From positions 1,802-65,801 of the forward strand of contig JABHQR010000013.1 in the NCBI GenBank assembly GCA_018696395.1: a DNA stretch of 64,000 nt. The letters run 5' to 3'. This document shows, piece by piece, positions 20,572 through 30,359 of the stretch. The translations under genes were made by a program, and so were the position numbers. This DNA comes from an archaeon (lineage in GTDB: Archaea; Nanobdellota; Nanobdellia; Woesearchaeales; GW2011-AR9). The notes beneath the pieces were generated by a model. That model was not told the DNA's origin and did not search any database. It saw nothing but the letters and a program-made list of their open reading frames with translations. Each line of letters starts with the position of its first letter. The stretch's first letter is position 1.

Positions 20572-20752
20572 AATAAACCCCTCATTTAAATTTGATATTT
20601 TCTTATCAAATATTAGAAATAGCTTATATAAACTTTTTGGTGGCCTAAAATAAAAATCCCAATCTCTCTTCTCAAGATTAATTAATCAAAAAAACTAAAA
20701 ACACCTTAAAAAAGCAAAAATTTAATAACATTTACCTTAATTCACACTATTA

Positions 20753-21001
20753 ATGGCAAAAACAACTAAACAAGTCGATGATGCTTCTAAATATGAAAAG
20801 ATTGGTTTCCATAAAGGAAGTTTAGCAACACTCTCTAAAGAAAGAGAAGAAATGATGAGAATTTTGCAAATTGTTGAACAATTAATGCAAATGCACATCA
20901 AAGAACTTAAAGACCTCGGAGTGGATTTAGCAGCAGAAGCAAAACAAGTTCAAACTGCTAAGAAAATGAAAGGTAAAAAACCAATTGAAGAAATTCTTTA
21001 A
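20753..21001 (+). CDS. Small hypothetical helical protein
   Basis: 82-aa ORF with plausible composition, divergent from the PRC-barrel gene. Confidence 0.65.
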   Translation: MAKTTKQVDDASKYEKIGFHKGSLATLSKEREEMMRILQIVEQLMQMHIKELKDLGVDLAAEAKQVQTAKKMKGKKPIEEIL

Positions 21002-21024
21002 ATTATTATTTTATTTTTTAATAT

Positions 21025-21300
21025 TTATTCTTCTTCTGATTTTCTTAAAGAATAACAACTGCCACGATAACCAGCAACCAAATCACCACATTGAGCTAAT
21101 TCCACAGTAATACTATCTGTATCATCTTCTAAATCTGAAGATTGTTGCACAGGATTAACAACATAAGAGAGAGGTTCTTGAATTCTACTCTTGTAATCAA
21201 ATCCATCAAATAATTCTTCTTTTGGAGTTTTGTTATCTGTGATTTTACCTCGAATTACAAGTTCAGAGAGATCATCTTTATTACTTTCACGATATGCCAT
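21025..21300 (-). CDS. Hypothetical protein
   Basis: 91-aa ORF preceded by SD-like GGTGA. Confidence 0.55.
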   Translation of the reverse strand: MAYRESNKDDLSELVIRGKITDNKTPKEELFDGFDYKSRIQEPLSYVVNPVQQSSDLEDDTDSITVELAQCGDLVAGYRGSCYSLRKSEEE

Positions 21301-21345
21301 ATATTCATCACCAATTAAAATAAAAAATTAAGAAAAAAGAAAAAA

Positions 21346-23316
21346 TCATTTCTTACTGACTAATAAAGCAAGTAAAAAAATTAATATTGCCGCTACAATA
21401 ACAATCAAAGAGATTAATAAAGCAGTGTATCTTGCATTATCCCAAGATGATTCTTCCACAGTTGATGTTGCACCAGTTGTTGCTTCACCAGATGGACTGA
21501 AGGTAGTTACTACAACATCTTCATCCCCACCATTATCATCACTACTGGAATCATCACTACTAGAACTAGTAGTACTTGTCGAAGAACTACTTGAACTAGA
21601 TTCTGTTGCAGATTCACCATCAAGATCATTATCACTGTCATCACTAGAATAATCTGTGCCATCATCGATCAAACTTTCAATATCTTCAATTAAATCAGCA
21701 ATATCTTCTTCTAATGTTTCTAAATCATCTTGAAGGTCAGCTTCTAAATCACTATCAAGATCACCATCATCTTCTGCATCTTCAAGATCATTTTGTAAAT
21801 CATCTAAATCGTCATCAAGACTTTGTACATCATCTAAAAGATCTTCTAAATCATTAACAATGTCTTCAATTTCATCTTCATCTTCATCATCTTCTGCATC
21901 TTCATAATCTGATTCAAAGTCATCATAATCATTTTCGAAATCATCATATGCTTCTTGAAGATCAATTACGTCTTGTTCATAATCAGAATAACCAACTGTA
22001 ATTGTAAATGAAGTTGTTGAACTATCACCATTAGCATCACTAAATGTTAAAGAAACAGTGTGCACACCAGCATCATCTTCAGTTGGAATCCAAGTGATAG
22101 TATAAGTCCCACTTGATTCAACCATATTTGTACTTAAATCTAAACTTGTCGAATCATCACAATCCCCAGAACTAGAATCACTACAAGTAACTGAATAAGA
22201 GTCTAAAGTAATAGCATCACTTTCAGGATCAGACACAGTAAAAGACATTGTAAAATCTTCTAGTTCAGTTGATGTTTGATCACTTACACTAACAACCGGA
22301 GCGTCATTAATGTTAGCTACAGTAAAAGTAACTGTTTCTGTATCAGTATTATGTCCATCACTAACAGTAATTGTAAAGGTTTGAATACCAACATCATCAT
22401 TAGTTGGAGTCCAAGATAAAGTTGCAGTATTGTCAGTATTATCAATAAAATTAACACTAGTATCAAAAGTACTTGCAGAACCATAAGTTAAACTTGTAGA
22501 ATCTTGAGTAATGCTAAAAGTTAATGAATCACCATCATCATCTGTTGCACTAATACTTAATTCAACAGTAGAATCTTCATTTACTTCTTGATTACTAATA
22601 CTACTTAATACAGGGGCATTAGAACTTACAGTTGCCTCTACAATAACATTAAAAGTTTCACTTGTACTATCAGTACCATCGCTCACAGTTAAAGTTAATT
22701 CATGATCACCAACATCATCACTTGAAGGAGTCCAAGTTAAAGTTGCAGTGGTATCACCATTATCAACTAACATAGTAGATAAATCAAGAGAACTACTAGT
22801 ACTAGTATAACTATTTTCAGTTGCAGAATATGTTAAAGTATCACCATCAATATCAGATGCTGAAAGACTTAAACTTAATTCAGAACTTTCTGAAACTGTT
22901 TGATCGCCAATGCTACTTAATTCAGGGACATCATTAACATTACTAACAGTAATTGTAAATGTTTCTGAACTAGTTTCACTAGCACTATCAGTAATTGTTA
23001 CAGTAATTGTATGGTCACCAACATCATCATTAGTTGGAGTCCAAGTTAAAGTTGCAGTATTATCAGTATTATCAACTAACATAGTAGATAAATCAAGAGA
23101 ACTACTAGTACTAGTAGAACTATCTTCAGTTGCTGTATAAGAGATTGAATCTCCATCAGAATCTGAAGAACTTAGACTTAATACTAATTCAGTATCTTCA
23201 CTAGCACTTTGGTCACCAATACTTTCCAAAACAGGTGCAGTAGCAAGAACTAAAGATGCACTAGCTAACAATAAGAAAACTGCAAAAATAATTGCAAATA
23301 TTTGTCTAGACTTCAT
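21346..23316 (-). CDS. Cell-surface protein: signal peptide, four Ig/cadherin-like repeats, acidic helical stalk, Ser/Thr linker, C-terminal TM anchor
   Basis: Repeated APVLxSIGDQ...DxDGD...TLTWTPTNDDVG...TVSDG units; hydrophobic N- and C-termini; SD GAGGT. Confidence 0.85.
   Translation of the reverse strand: MKSRQIFAIIFAVFLLLASASLVLATAPVLESIGDQSASEDTELVLSLSSSDSDGDSISYTATEDSSTSTSSSLDLSTMLVDNTDNTATLTWTPTNDDVGDHTITVTITDSASETSSETFTITVSNVNDVPELSSIGDQTVSESSELSLSLSASDIDGDTLTYSATENSYTSTSSSLDLSTMLVDNGDTTATLTWTPSSDDVGDHELTLTVSDGTDSTSETFNVIVEATVSSNAPVLSSISNQEVNEDSTVELSISATDDDGDSLTFSITQDSTSLTYGSASTFDTSVNFIDNTDNTATLSWTPTNDDVGIQTFTITVSDGHNTDTETVTFTVANINDAPVVSVSDQTSTELEDFTMSFTVSDPESDAITLDSYSVTCSDSSSGDCDDSTSLDLSTNMVESSGTYTITWIPTEDDAGVHTVSLTFSDANGDSSTTSFTITVGYSDYEQDVIDLQEAYDDFENDYDDFESDYEDAEDDEDEDEIEDIVNDLEDLLDDVQSLDDDLDDLQNDLEDAEDDGDLDSDLEADLQDDLETLEEDIADLIEDIESLIDDGTDYSSDDSDNDLDGESATESSSSSSSTSTTSSSSDDSSSDDNGGDEDVVVTTFSPSGEATTGATSTVEESSWDNARYTALLISLIVIVAAILIFLLALLVSKK
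22702..23116. repeat. Intragenic direct repeat (~105 bp, 22702-22807 vs 23011-23116) between Ig domains 1 and 2
   Basis: Identical run ATTATCAACTAACATAGTAGATAAATCAAGAGAACTACTAGTACTAGTA and GGAGTCCAAGTTAAAGTTGCAGT in both copies. Confidence 0.8.
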
Positions 23317-23395
23317 TTTGTTTTTTACCTCGTAAACTAATTAGTTTTGTCATATTTTAAGATCTTAATATTTACTACTTTAAAATAGGCTTTGG

Positions 23396-23410
23396 TTTAT
23401 AAATCTTTCG
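23396..23410 (-). promoter_or_regulatory. Putative BRE+TATA promoter for the surface protein gene
   Basis: Minus strand CGAAAGA-TTTATAAA upstream of 23316. Confidence 0.55.
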
Positions 23411-23599
23411 TTTTTTGTGCCACTCTGGAGTAACAACGAGCAAGTAAACTTTAATTGAATTAATATGTTAAAACACATAGCAAAAAATTTTGTATTTAAA
23501 CATACTTTAAGATTTAATTTAAAATAAGAGAAAAATTAGCTCAAAACAGTTTATTAAACTTTATAATGGCCAAACATAGAAAAAAGAAGTAAATTTAAC

Positions 23600-24082
23600 T
23601 CAAACAATAACTTCACCACGATGAATTTTTGGCATGAAATTGATCAAAGTACCAAATTTCAATTTTGCACAACCAAATACATCATCTTTATATTTTAGAA
23701 GAACTAACTTACTTTCTTTTGATAATTCCGGCTTTTCTAAATCCATCCCTTTAAAATATTCTCTTAATTCAAGTTCTGTCAATTCAAGAACATTAGATAA
23801 TTCCACATTATTTTCTTTAGCATCTTTGTAAAGTAATTGAGAAGCTTCTAAACTTAACCTAAATTGATCCCACTTCAATTCACCGAGATAGATCCCATAC
23901 CTATCAATTCTTAATTTTTCCAATTCAATATTAGCAATATTTTTTGTTACAATGTAAATTTTATGTTTATTTTCGTTCTCAAGATAAGCATAATCTTCTT
24001 GAAAGGAATGAGAGAATTGTTTTTCTAATAATTGTTTTAACCTTTTTATTTCCTTACTGTTAAGTATTTTTAATTTCTGCAT
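23600..24082 (-). CDS. NIP7/RsmF-associated PUA-like RNA-binding protein
   Basis: GIYLGEL...RLSLEASQL...YFKGMDL...GCAK...LINFMPK resembles pre-PUA/PUA ribosome-biogenesis proteins. Confidence 0.6.
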   Translation of the reverse strand: MQKLKILNSKEIKRLKQLLEKQFSHSFQEDYAYLENENKHKIYIVTKNIANIELEKLRIDRYGIYLGELKWDQFRLSLEASQLLYKDAKENNVELSNVLELTELELREYFKGMDLEKPELSKESKLVLLKYKDDVFGCAKLKFGTLINFMPKIHRGEVIV

Positions 24083-24206
24083 CCTGTATCTGCAAATTAA
24101 GGCTTATTATTAAACTTTATTCAAATAAATGAGTCATTACTGCCATAATACCAATGCACCACACCTACAATATTTTACAATTTGATTACACAGAAATCTA
24201 TTTGAG

Positions 24207-25355
24207 TCAATTAAATAGATACTTCGCAAACAAAACAAATCTCGGTTCTTTCAAGATTAAATTAACAAATAAAGGGACAGGATTATCCCTAGAATATTTT
24301 TTTAAAACTTTCTGAACTTTATCTTGTTTAACCAGATAGAACAGTTTGTTCAAATCATTGTCATTAATTTTATCAAAAATATTCCTTGCTAAAAGATGAA
24401 CTTTTAATCCTCGCCTCAATTTTCTTAATTGTTTATTATAGCAAAAGTTATTATTAATACTATCAACTAATATATGAGCTGCTTTGAATGAAGGTATAAT
24501 CCCACCTAAAGTAGTAGCTTTAACTTGAGCAGCAGAATCACCTATTAAATAACATTTTCCTTTTTGAAATTTTTGTTTTGAAGAATAGATTGGAATTATT
24601 GCAGATTGAAATTTAATTGACTCCCCTTCAAATTCAAAATTAAAATCCCGACAATATTTTTCAATAAAATTATTAAAATATTTTTTAACATTATTTTTAC
24701 TTGCAATCCCAACCCTGGCATGAGTTTTAGATTCTGGAACTACCCAACCAAAAAAGTCTGGACAAACATTATTACCAAAATAAGTATAATAACAATTAGG
24801 ATTAAAATTTCCTTTAATAACTGCTTGAACACCATGATAATATTTTCTATGTTTGGTATTGAAAGAAAATTCTTTTGCTACACTTGATAAAGGACCATCA
24901 GCACCGATTACAATATCATAACCAACTTTTTTGATTTCATTATTATTCTTATCTTTGATTAAAAGAGATTCTTCTTTTTTGTCATTAACACTTTTTTTAA
25001 TAAAATGATGTGAAATAAAAATTTTTGTACCTGCTTCCAGAGCAAGATTTGCTAAATAAGAATCAAATTTAGCCCTATTAACTAAAAATTCTTCTTGAGA
25101 AAGTTCCACCTTAACACCAGGAGAATTTAATACAATTTCATTAAATTTATTAACAATAAAAACATTAGAAATATTACTGGGCAGATCATGAAATATTTCA
25201 AATTTCTTAAATTCAGAACTTAATAAACCAGTACATTGTATTGGAACCCCAATTTCATTATGTTCTTCATACAATTCAACATCATGCCCAGATTTAGATA
25301 ATAAATATGACACATAACTCCCTGCAGGTCCAGCTCCAATAACAACTATTTTCAT
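24207..25355 (-). CDS. Geranylgeranyl reductase family flavoprotein
   Basis: VIGAGPAGS, P.QCTG, RAKFD, GADG..S, FGWVVP, LIGDSA...GGI. Confidence 0.9.
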   Translation of the reverse strand: MKIVVIGAGPAGSYVSYLLSKSGHDVELYEEHNEIGVPIQCTGLLSSEFKKFEIFHDLPSNISNVFIVNKFNEIVLNSPGVKVELSQEEFLVNRAKFDSYLANLALEAGTKIFISHHFIKKSVNDKKEESLLIKDKNNNEIKKVGYDIVIGADGPLSSVAKEFSFNTKHRKYYHGVQAVIKGNFNPNCYYTYFGNNVCPDFFGWVVPESKTHARVGIASKNNVKKYFNNFIEKYCRDFNFEFEGESIKFQSAIIPIYSSKQKFQKGKCYLIGDSAAQVKATTLGGIIPSFKAAHILVDSINNNFCYNKQLRKLRRGLKVHLLARNIFDKINDNDLNKLFYLVKQDKVQKVLKKYSRDNPVPLFVNLILKEPRFVLFAKYLFN

Positions 25356-25574
25356 ATTATGATTATTTTTTTATCACTAGATTAAAAAGTTTATGAATAA
25401 TTGAGATTTATTAATTTAAAATCATTAACAACAATGACCACACCTAAAATTTATTTGTTTAGAATGATATATGAATGTAAATTGGGATCCTCCTTAAGGC
25501 CATAAAAGAGTAAGTAAAAAGAAAAAAAAGAAAAAAATTTTAGAGGAAGATCACCTCATTAGGTTAGGACAAAC

Positions 25575-26876
25575 TTAATAATAAGTTTGTTCTTCCTCTT
25601 CGTCGTCTTTCCTTAATCTACTGAAACCAACAATTAATCCAATGATTACTAATAATACTACTAGTACAATCAAAGCAATTTCAAGTCCGTTTCTTAGACT
25701 AAAGTCGTTACTATCTACGTTTTCGCTAGCTACTACATCAGCAGTTAAACCGATAGTTTCTAAAGTTTCACCTTCGTTCTCAAGAACTAAGCTAACAGTA
25801 TAACTACCCGCAGCTGCATTATCAGCAACATTAACGTAAGCATAAACAACGTCAGATTCACCTTCACCTAAAACAACTAAACTGTCAGATAAGCTAGTAG
25901 TAGCCCAATCGCCAGTTTGTAGTTCTAAAGTGTAAGTTTCTGAGTTACTACCTTCGTTACTTAAAGCGATAGCGTAAACAGCTTGTTGACCCGCGTTAAC
26001 AGATTGAGATTCTGGACCTACTGCAACGATTAACTTTTCAGAATCGCTATCACAGTAACCACCATCAACAACAGTTAAAGCATAAGAGTTTGTAACTGAT
26101 TCATCATGGTCGTATTCAACAGTAACATCAACAGTGTATTCACCAGCTTCTGCACAATCAGGGATGCTTAAAAACATTTCTTCAGTTGTTTCATAAGCAA
26201 CATGTTCTGCATCGCCATCGATTTCAACAAAGTCAATATAATCAGTTGCACTAACGCCTAAATCATCAATTGCGATAGTAACTTTAACATCTTCTTCTTC
26301 AGTTCCACCATAGTTTTCAACTTGAACAGTAGTCAATAAAGATCTACCTGAGCTTACTTCACTACCAGGGGAAAATACTACATCAGAGATGTCCATACCG
26401 TGTCTAACAGGATCAATAATTAATTTAGTGTAAACAGTAATATCATTACCAGTTCTATCAGTAACTCTAACTGTTAACCAATATTCATCCTTGTCCATTT
26501 CTGCTGGAAGTTCTAATTCTAATTCAACATATTTATTAGTACTTTCTTCCATATCGAAAAGGTCAGATTCAGCTTCTAAGTCACCATATTCATAACCATG
26601 AATTTCAACTTCAACTTCAACATCTTCAACATTTTCACCAGCTTCTAAGCCAATTTTAAGTTCAAGAATGTCACCTTCGTCAACAGTTAAACTGTTCTCA
26701 GGAATGTTGTCAGCGTCAATATCTTCTTGATCGAAGATTTCAACTTCATCGCCATTTAATTTTACTACATCAATGCTAATTGATTCACTTGCAGTTGTAT
26801 CATCTGCAATCACCACTGCACTTAATAATAAACTAAAAACAGCCAATAAAGCTACTATATTTAGTAATTTTTTCAT
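25575..26876 (-). CDS. Acidic surface/S-layer-type protein with CARDB/Ig-like domains and C-terminal TM
   Basis: Start MKKLLNIV after SD GGAGG; signal peptide; VENYGGTEEEDVKVTI CARDB-like segment; C-terminal TM then RKDDEEEEQTYY. Confidence 0.8.
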   Translation of the reverse strand: MKKLLNIVALLAVFSLLLSAVVIADDTTASESISIDVVKLNGDEVEIFDQEDIDADNIPENSLTVDEGDILELKIGLEAGENVEDVEVEVEIHGYEYGDLEAESDLFDMEESTNKYVELELELPAEMDKDEYWLTVRVTDRTGNDITVYTKLIIDPVRHGMDISDVVFSPGSEVSSGRSLLTTVQVENYGGTEEEDVKVTIAIDDLGVSATDYIDFVEIDGDAEHVAYETTEEMFLSIPDCAEAGEYTVDVTVEYDHDESVTNSYALTVVDGGYCDSDSEKLIVAVGPESQSVNAGQQAVYAIALSNEGSNSETYTLELQTGDWATTSLSDSLVVLGEGESDVVYAYVNVADNAAAGSYTVSLVLENEGETLETIGLTADVVASENVDSNDFSLRNGLEIALIVLVVLLVIIGLIVGFSRLRKDDEEEEQTYY

Positions 26877-26966
26877 TTTTTTGTCTTCCTCCAAAATATC
26901 TTCTTATTTATATTTTGAGCGTCATGTTAATTTTTGAGCTTGTTTTTCCTCAAAAGTAATGACAAC

Positions 26967-26982
26967 TATATAAAGTTTTTGG
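26967..26982 (-). promoter_or_regulatory. Putative BRE+TATA promoter
   Basis: Minus strand CCAAAAAC-TTTATATA upstream of 26876. Confidence 0.5.
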
Positions 26983-27064
26983 TTTTGTTAGTCTTTTCAA
27001 GTAGTTAATACTCTTGAATTTGTGTTTAGGTCTTTTGATTATATAAATTAAAAAAAATATAAAA

Positions 27065-30000
27065 TTAGACCAATCTTAATGTTCGGTGAGTAACATGACT
27101 AAAGTCGTCGTTACTTACTGTAATTCTAATATCATAAATTCCTTCGTTTGCACTTTCAGGAATTTCCATTGTAATTACTTCACTTAATTGATCATTAGAG
27201 TCTATGTCAAAGTTCCCACTGGAATACTTAATACCTAATTCATAAACTACTATACTGATCTCTAAATCTTCTAAGTCTTTCTCACCATCGTTGTTCAAGC
27301 CAACTGATAACCGAACTTCGTCACCAGCACTTGCAACTTCGTCATCAAACATAACGTTACTATATTTCAAGTTTGAACTTAATTCTGTTACAAAGATAGT
27401 ATAACTTTGAGTGGATGTGTAAACACCATCGCTAGCATAGATTGTAACATCAAAGTTACCTCTCCATTCAGGAGTCCAACTAACCATACCATCTTCATCC
27501 ATTTCCATACCATCTGGTCCATCAAACCATAAAGTTATTTCTTCTCCTTCAGGATCATCAACAACAATTTGGTAAAGATATTCATCATCTACGTAAGCAG
27601 TTGTATCTGGTTCTGACATGAAAATAGGTGCACTGTTTACATCATAAACTGTAATAGTAAAACTATCTTGAGTTGAAAGACCAGTATCATCTTCTGCGAT
27701 TAATTCAAATGAATGATCATCCCCACTTTCACTTCCTTGGTAATAATCAATTTCCCAAGTAAATGTCCAGGTACCATCACTATTATCAGACAATTCAACA
27801 TCATAATATTCTTCAGCAAATACAATACTGAACTCATCATCATCAGGATCGGCTGCTTCAAAAGTATATTCTAAAGTTGTACCTTCGTAAGCTACTTGAT
27901 CTTCTAATGACATATCAGGTGCCTGGTTAACATTATTAACAGTAATTACAACAACATCTGAAACCTCTTCTTGGCCATCGCTTACAATAAAAGTTACTTC
28001 ATAATCACCTGCATCATAATAATCTGTTTGCCAAGTGAAAGTTGCTGTAGTTGCACTTTCTTCATAAACTAAACTTGCCCCTTCAGGTAAATCTTCTGCA
28101 GTGAAACTTAATTCATCACCATCACCATCAGTTGCTTCAATAGTAAATGATAGTTCTTCACCTTCATCAATTTCTTGATCACCAGGCACAGTTAATTCAG
28201 GTGCTTGATTAGTTTCAGTAACTTCAATTTCAATAGTCATAGTATCTTCTAAATTAGGACTACCGCTGTCAGTTACAGTAAAAGTAACATAATAAGGACT
28301 GTCTTCTGCATCATCATAATCTGTTTGCCATTCAAAATCAGCAGTACCATCGCCATTATCAATCAATGCTGCAGCACCAGGCAAATCAGTCCCAGTAATA
28401 GTTAATGTATCACTATCAACATCAGATGCTGAAACAGTAAAAGTTAATTCGTTACCTTCTGAAACTGACTGATCTTCTAAACTATCAAATTCAGGAGCCC
28501 TATTAGTATTAGTAATGGTAATTTCCCAATCTTGTGTTACTTCAGTACCAGTCCAAGTGTCAACATAATCTAAAACAGAGATTTCTACTTCGATTACATC
28601 GCCATCTGTGTAAGTGTCATAATCAGGAGTCCAACTAAGAGTTGTATCATCTAAACTCATGTCACTAGGCCCAGTTACTAAACCGTATTGTAATAAATCT
28701 TCATCATCTGAATCACTAGCTACAATTTCGTAAGTGTATTCTACGCCTTCAGTTGCAGCAGTAGTTGGAGTTGATTCAATTACAGATTCTAAATTTACAT
28801 CATTTACAGTAACAGTAAAAGTTTCTTCAACAGTTGCACTGTCATCAGTTACTTGTAAAGTTATATCAAAATCCCTTTCAGTGTCAGGATGTGTTACAAA
28901 AGTGTAAGTTGGTTGTAACATAATTGTTGCAGTACCATCACTATTATCTGTGATTAATACCGCTTCACCACTAAGTTCAACCAGATCTTCTGAAACACCA
29001 GATTCTAATAAAACAGTAAATGTTAAAGCATCACCATTAGGATCTTCAACACCAATATCAAAACTTAATAATTCTCCTTCGTCAACTTCTTGATCATCAA
29101 TATAATCTAATACTGGAGTATCACAAGCATCACCATAACCATCACCATCAGTGTCAATACCAATAACTGTGATATCTAATTCTACAGTTTCAGTATCACC
29201 AGAGTCAGTTGTTACAGTTGCTTCCACAGTGTATGATCCTGCACCATTAGTGAAAAAAGTTGCATCCACAGTCATGTAATCGTTGATCATTGTACCAGTA
29301 GAATTACCATCAGTAACTAAAGTGTCAACTAAAACACCACCATCATTAAGTTCAACTTCTAAGTCAAAACCCTCAGAAGACCATGCAACATATTCAAAAC
29401 TTACTTCACCATCACAATAGTCAATTTCTTGTGCGTCAGTACTAGCATCATCCCAAATACCATCACCATCAGCATCAACTAACCAGTATAATAATAGTCC
29501 AATTGAAGATGAATCACTGCTTGTGGAGTCAAGGTCGTTTACTCTAACAATCCATTGATCATATACAATGTTACCATCTTCATCAGTTCCTTTAATTATA
29601 AAGTCCCAGTCATCTTCCGGTAAACCACTACTTTCAGGAGCAGTACCAGTAACTGTTGCAGTAGTAATACAAGTACTCGCATCATAACTTTCGCTACTTA
29701 AAGATGCCCAACTTGGAAATAAATATTCTTCCAAAGTAACTTCGTCACAATCTGCATCGTAAACTTCCACTTCATATTCATAAGTATCATGTTCATCAAC
29801 ATCAGTAGGTGGGGTACTGACAAATTCTGGAACATTGTTAATAATTTCATTAACAGCTAAGTACAATATGATTTCATCATTAACACTACCACTAACGATA
29901 GTTGCTACGATAGTATAATCACCGCTTAATGAGTTTGTATTCATATCAAGTACATTATCTGCAACATCCGTATAAGATGTTAAAGCAGTTGTACCACTTA

Positions 30001-30256
30001 ATACACCACTAGATACATCTGCACCAGTTGAATCATAAATAGTTACGTCTAAATCATAATCATCGCTTGCCCAAGAGATATATTCAACTTGTAAATTATC
30101 GCCTTGTGAAACTTCTAAGCTAGTATCAGTTGGACTGTCGACCCAGAAAAATAATAATCCAGTATCGTCTGCACTAACCATTGCTGGTGTAAGTACAGAT
30201 AGTACCAACAGTGCCACTAACATAAAAGCACTTGTTTTTTTATTTTTTAATTTCAT
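27065..30256 (-). CDS. Large secreted acidic protein with multiple Ig/cadherin-like (He_PIG-type) repeats and C-terminal CARDB-like domain
   Basis: Start MKLKNKK after SD GGAGG; signal peptide; repeated N.AP...DQ...EGE.L.FT..A.D.DGD, LP.GA, F.W.T.Y.DA; Ca-binding-like DADGDG/DTDGDG. Confidence 0.85.
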   Translation of the reverse strand: MKLKNKKTSAFMLVALLVLSVLTPAMVSADDTGLLFFWVDSPTDTSLEVSQGDNLQVEYISWASDDYDLDVTIYDSTGADVSSGVLSGTTALTSYTDVADNVLDMNTNSLSGDYTIVATIVSGSVNDEIILYLAVNEIINNVPEFVSTPPTDVDEHDTYEYEVEVYDADCDEVTLEEYLFPSWASLSSESYDASTCITTATVTGTAPESSGLPEDDWDFIIKGTDEDGNIVYDQWIVRVNDLDSTSSDSSSIGLLLYWLVDADGDGIWDDASTDAQEIDYCDGEVSFEYVAWSSEGFDLEVELNDGGVLVDTLVTDGNSTGTMINDYMTVDATFFTNGAGSYTVEATVTTDSGDTETVELDITVIGIDTDGDGYGDACDTPVLDYIDDQEVDEGELLSFDIGVEDPNGDALTFTVLLESGVSEDLVELSGEAVLITDNSDGTATIMLQPTYTFVTHPDTERDFDITLQVTDDSATVEETFTVTVNDVNLESVIESTPTTAATEGVEYTYEIVASDSDDEDLLQYGLVTGPSDMSLDDTTLSWTPDYDTYTDGDVIEVEISVLDYVDTWTGTEVTQDWEITITNTNRAPEFDSLEDQSVSEGNELTFTVSASDVDSDTLTITGTDLPGAAALIDNGDGTADFEWQTDYDDAEDSPYYVTFTVTDSGSPNLEDTMTIEIEVTETNQAPELTVPGDQEIDEGEELSFTIEATDGDGDELSFTAEDLPEGASLVYEESATTATFTWQTDYYDAGDYEVTFIVSDGQEEVSDVVVITVNNVNQAPDMSLEDQVAYEGTTLEYTFEAADPDDDEFSIVFAEEYYDVELSDNSDGTWTFTWEIDYYQGSESGDDHSFELIAEDDTGLSTQDSFTITVYDVNSAPIFMSEPDTTAYVDDEYLYQIVVDDPEGEEITLWFDGPDGMEMDEDGMVSWTPEWRGNFDVTIYASDGVYTSTQSYTIFVTELSSNLKYSNVMFDDEVASAGDEVRLSVGLNNDGEKDLEDLEISIVVYELGIKYSSGNFDIDSNDQLSEVITMEIPESANEGIYDIRITVSNDDFSHVTHRTLRLV

Positions 30257-30359
30257 TATTGTGAACCTCCACGAGTTCTTTTTTCCCATCAATTATTGTG
30301 AAATTTTTATTTTTTGATTTTGTGTTATTGTATTATGTTTAGTTAAAATATAATAAAAA

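Noticed and set aside
24083-24206. Small Cys-containing ORF between the PUA-like gene and geranylgeranyl reductase
   Set aside because: Only very short frames without a credible start context were found
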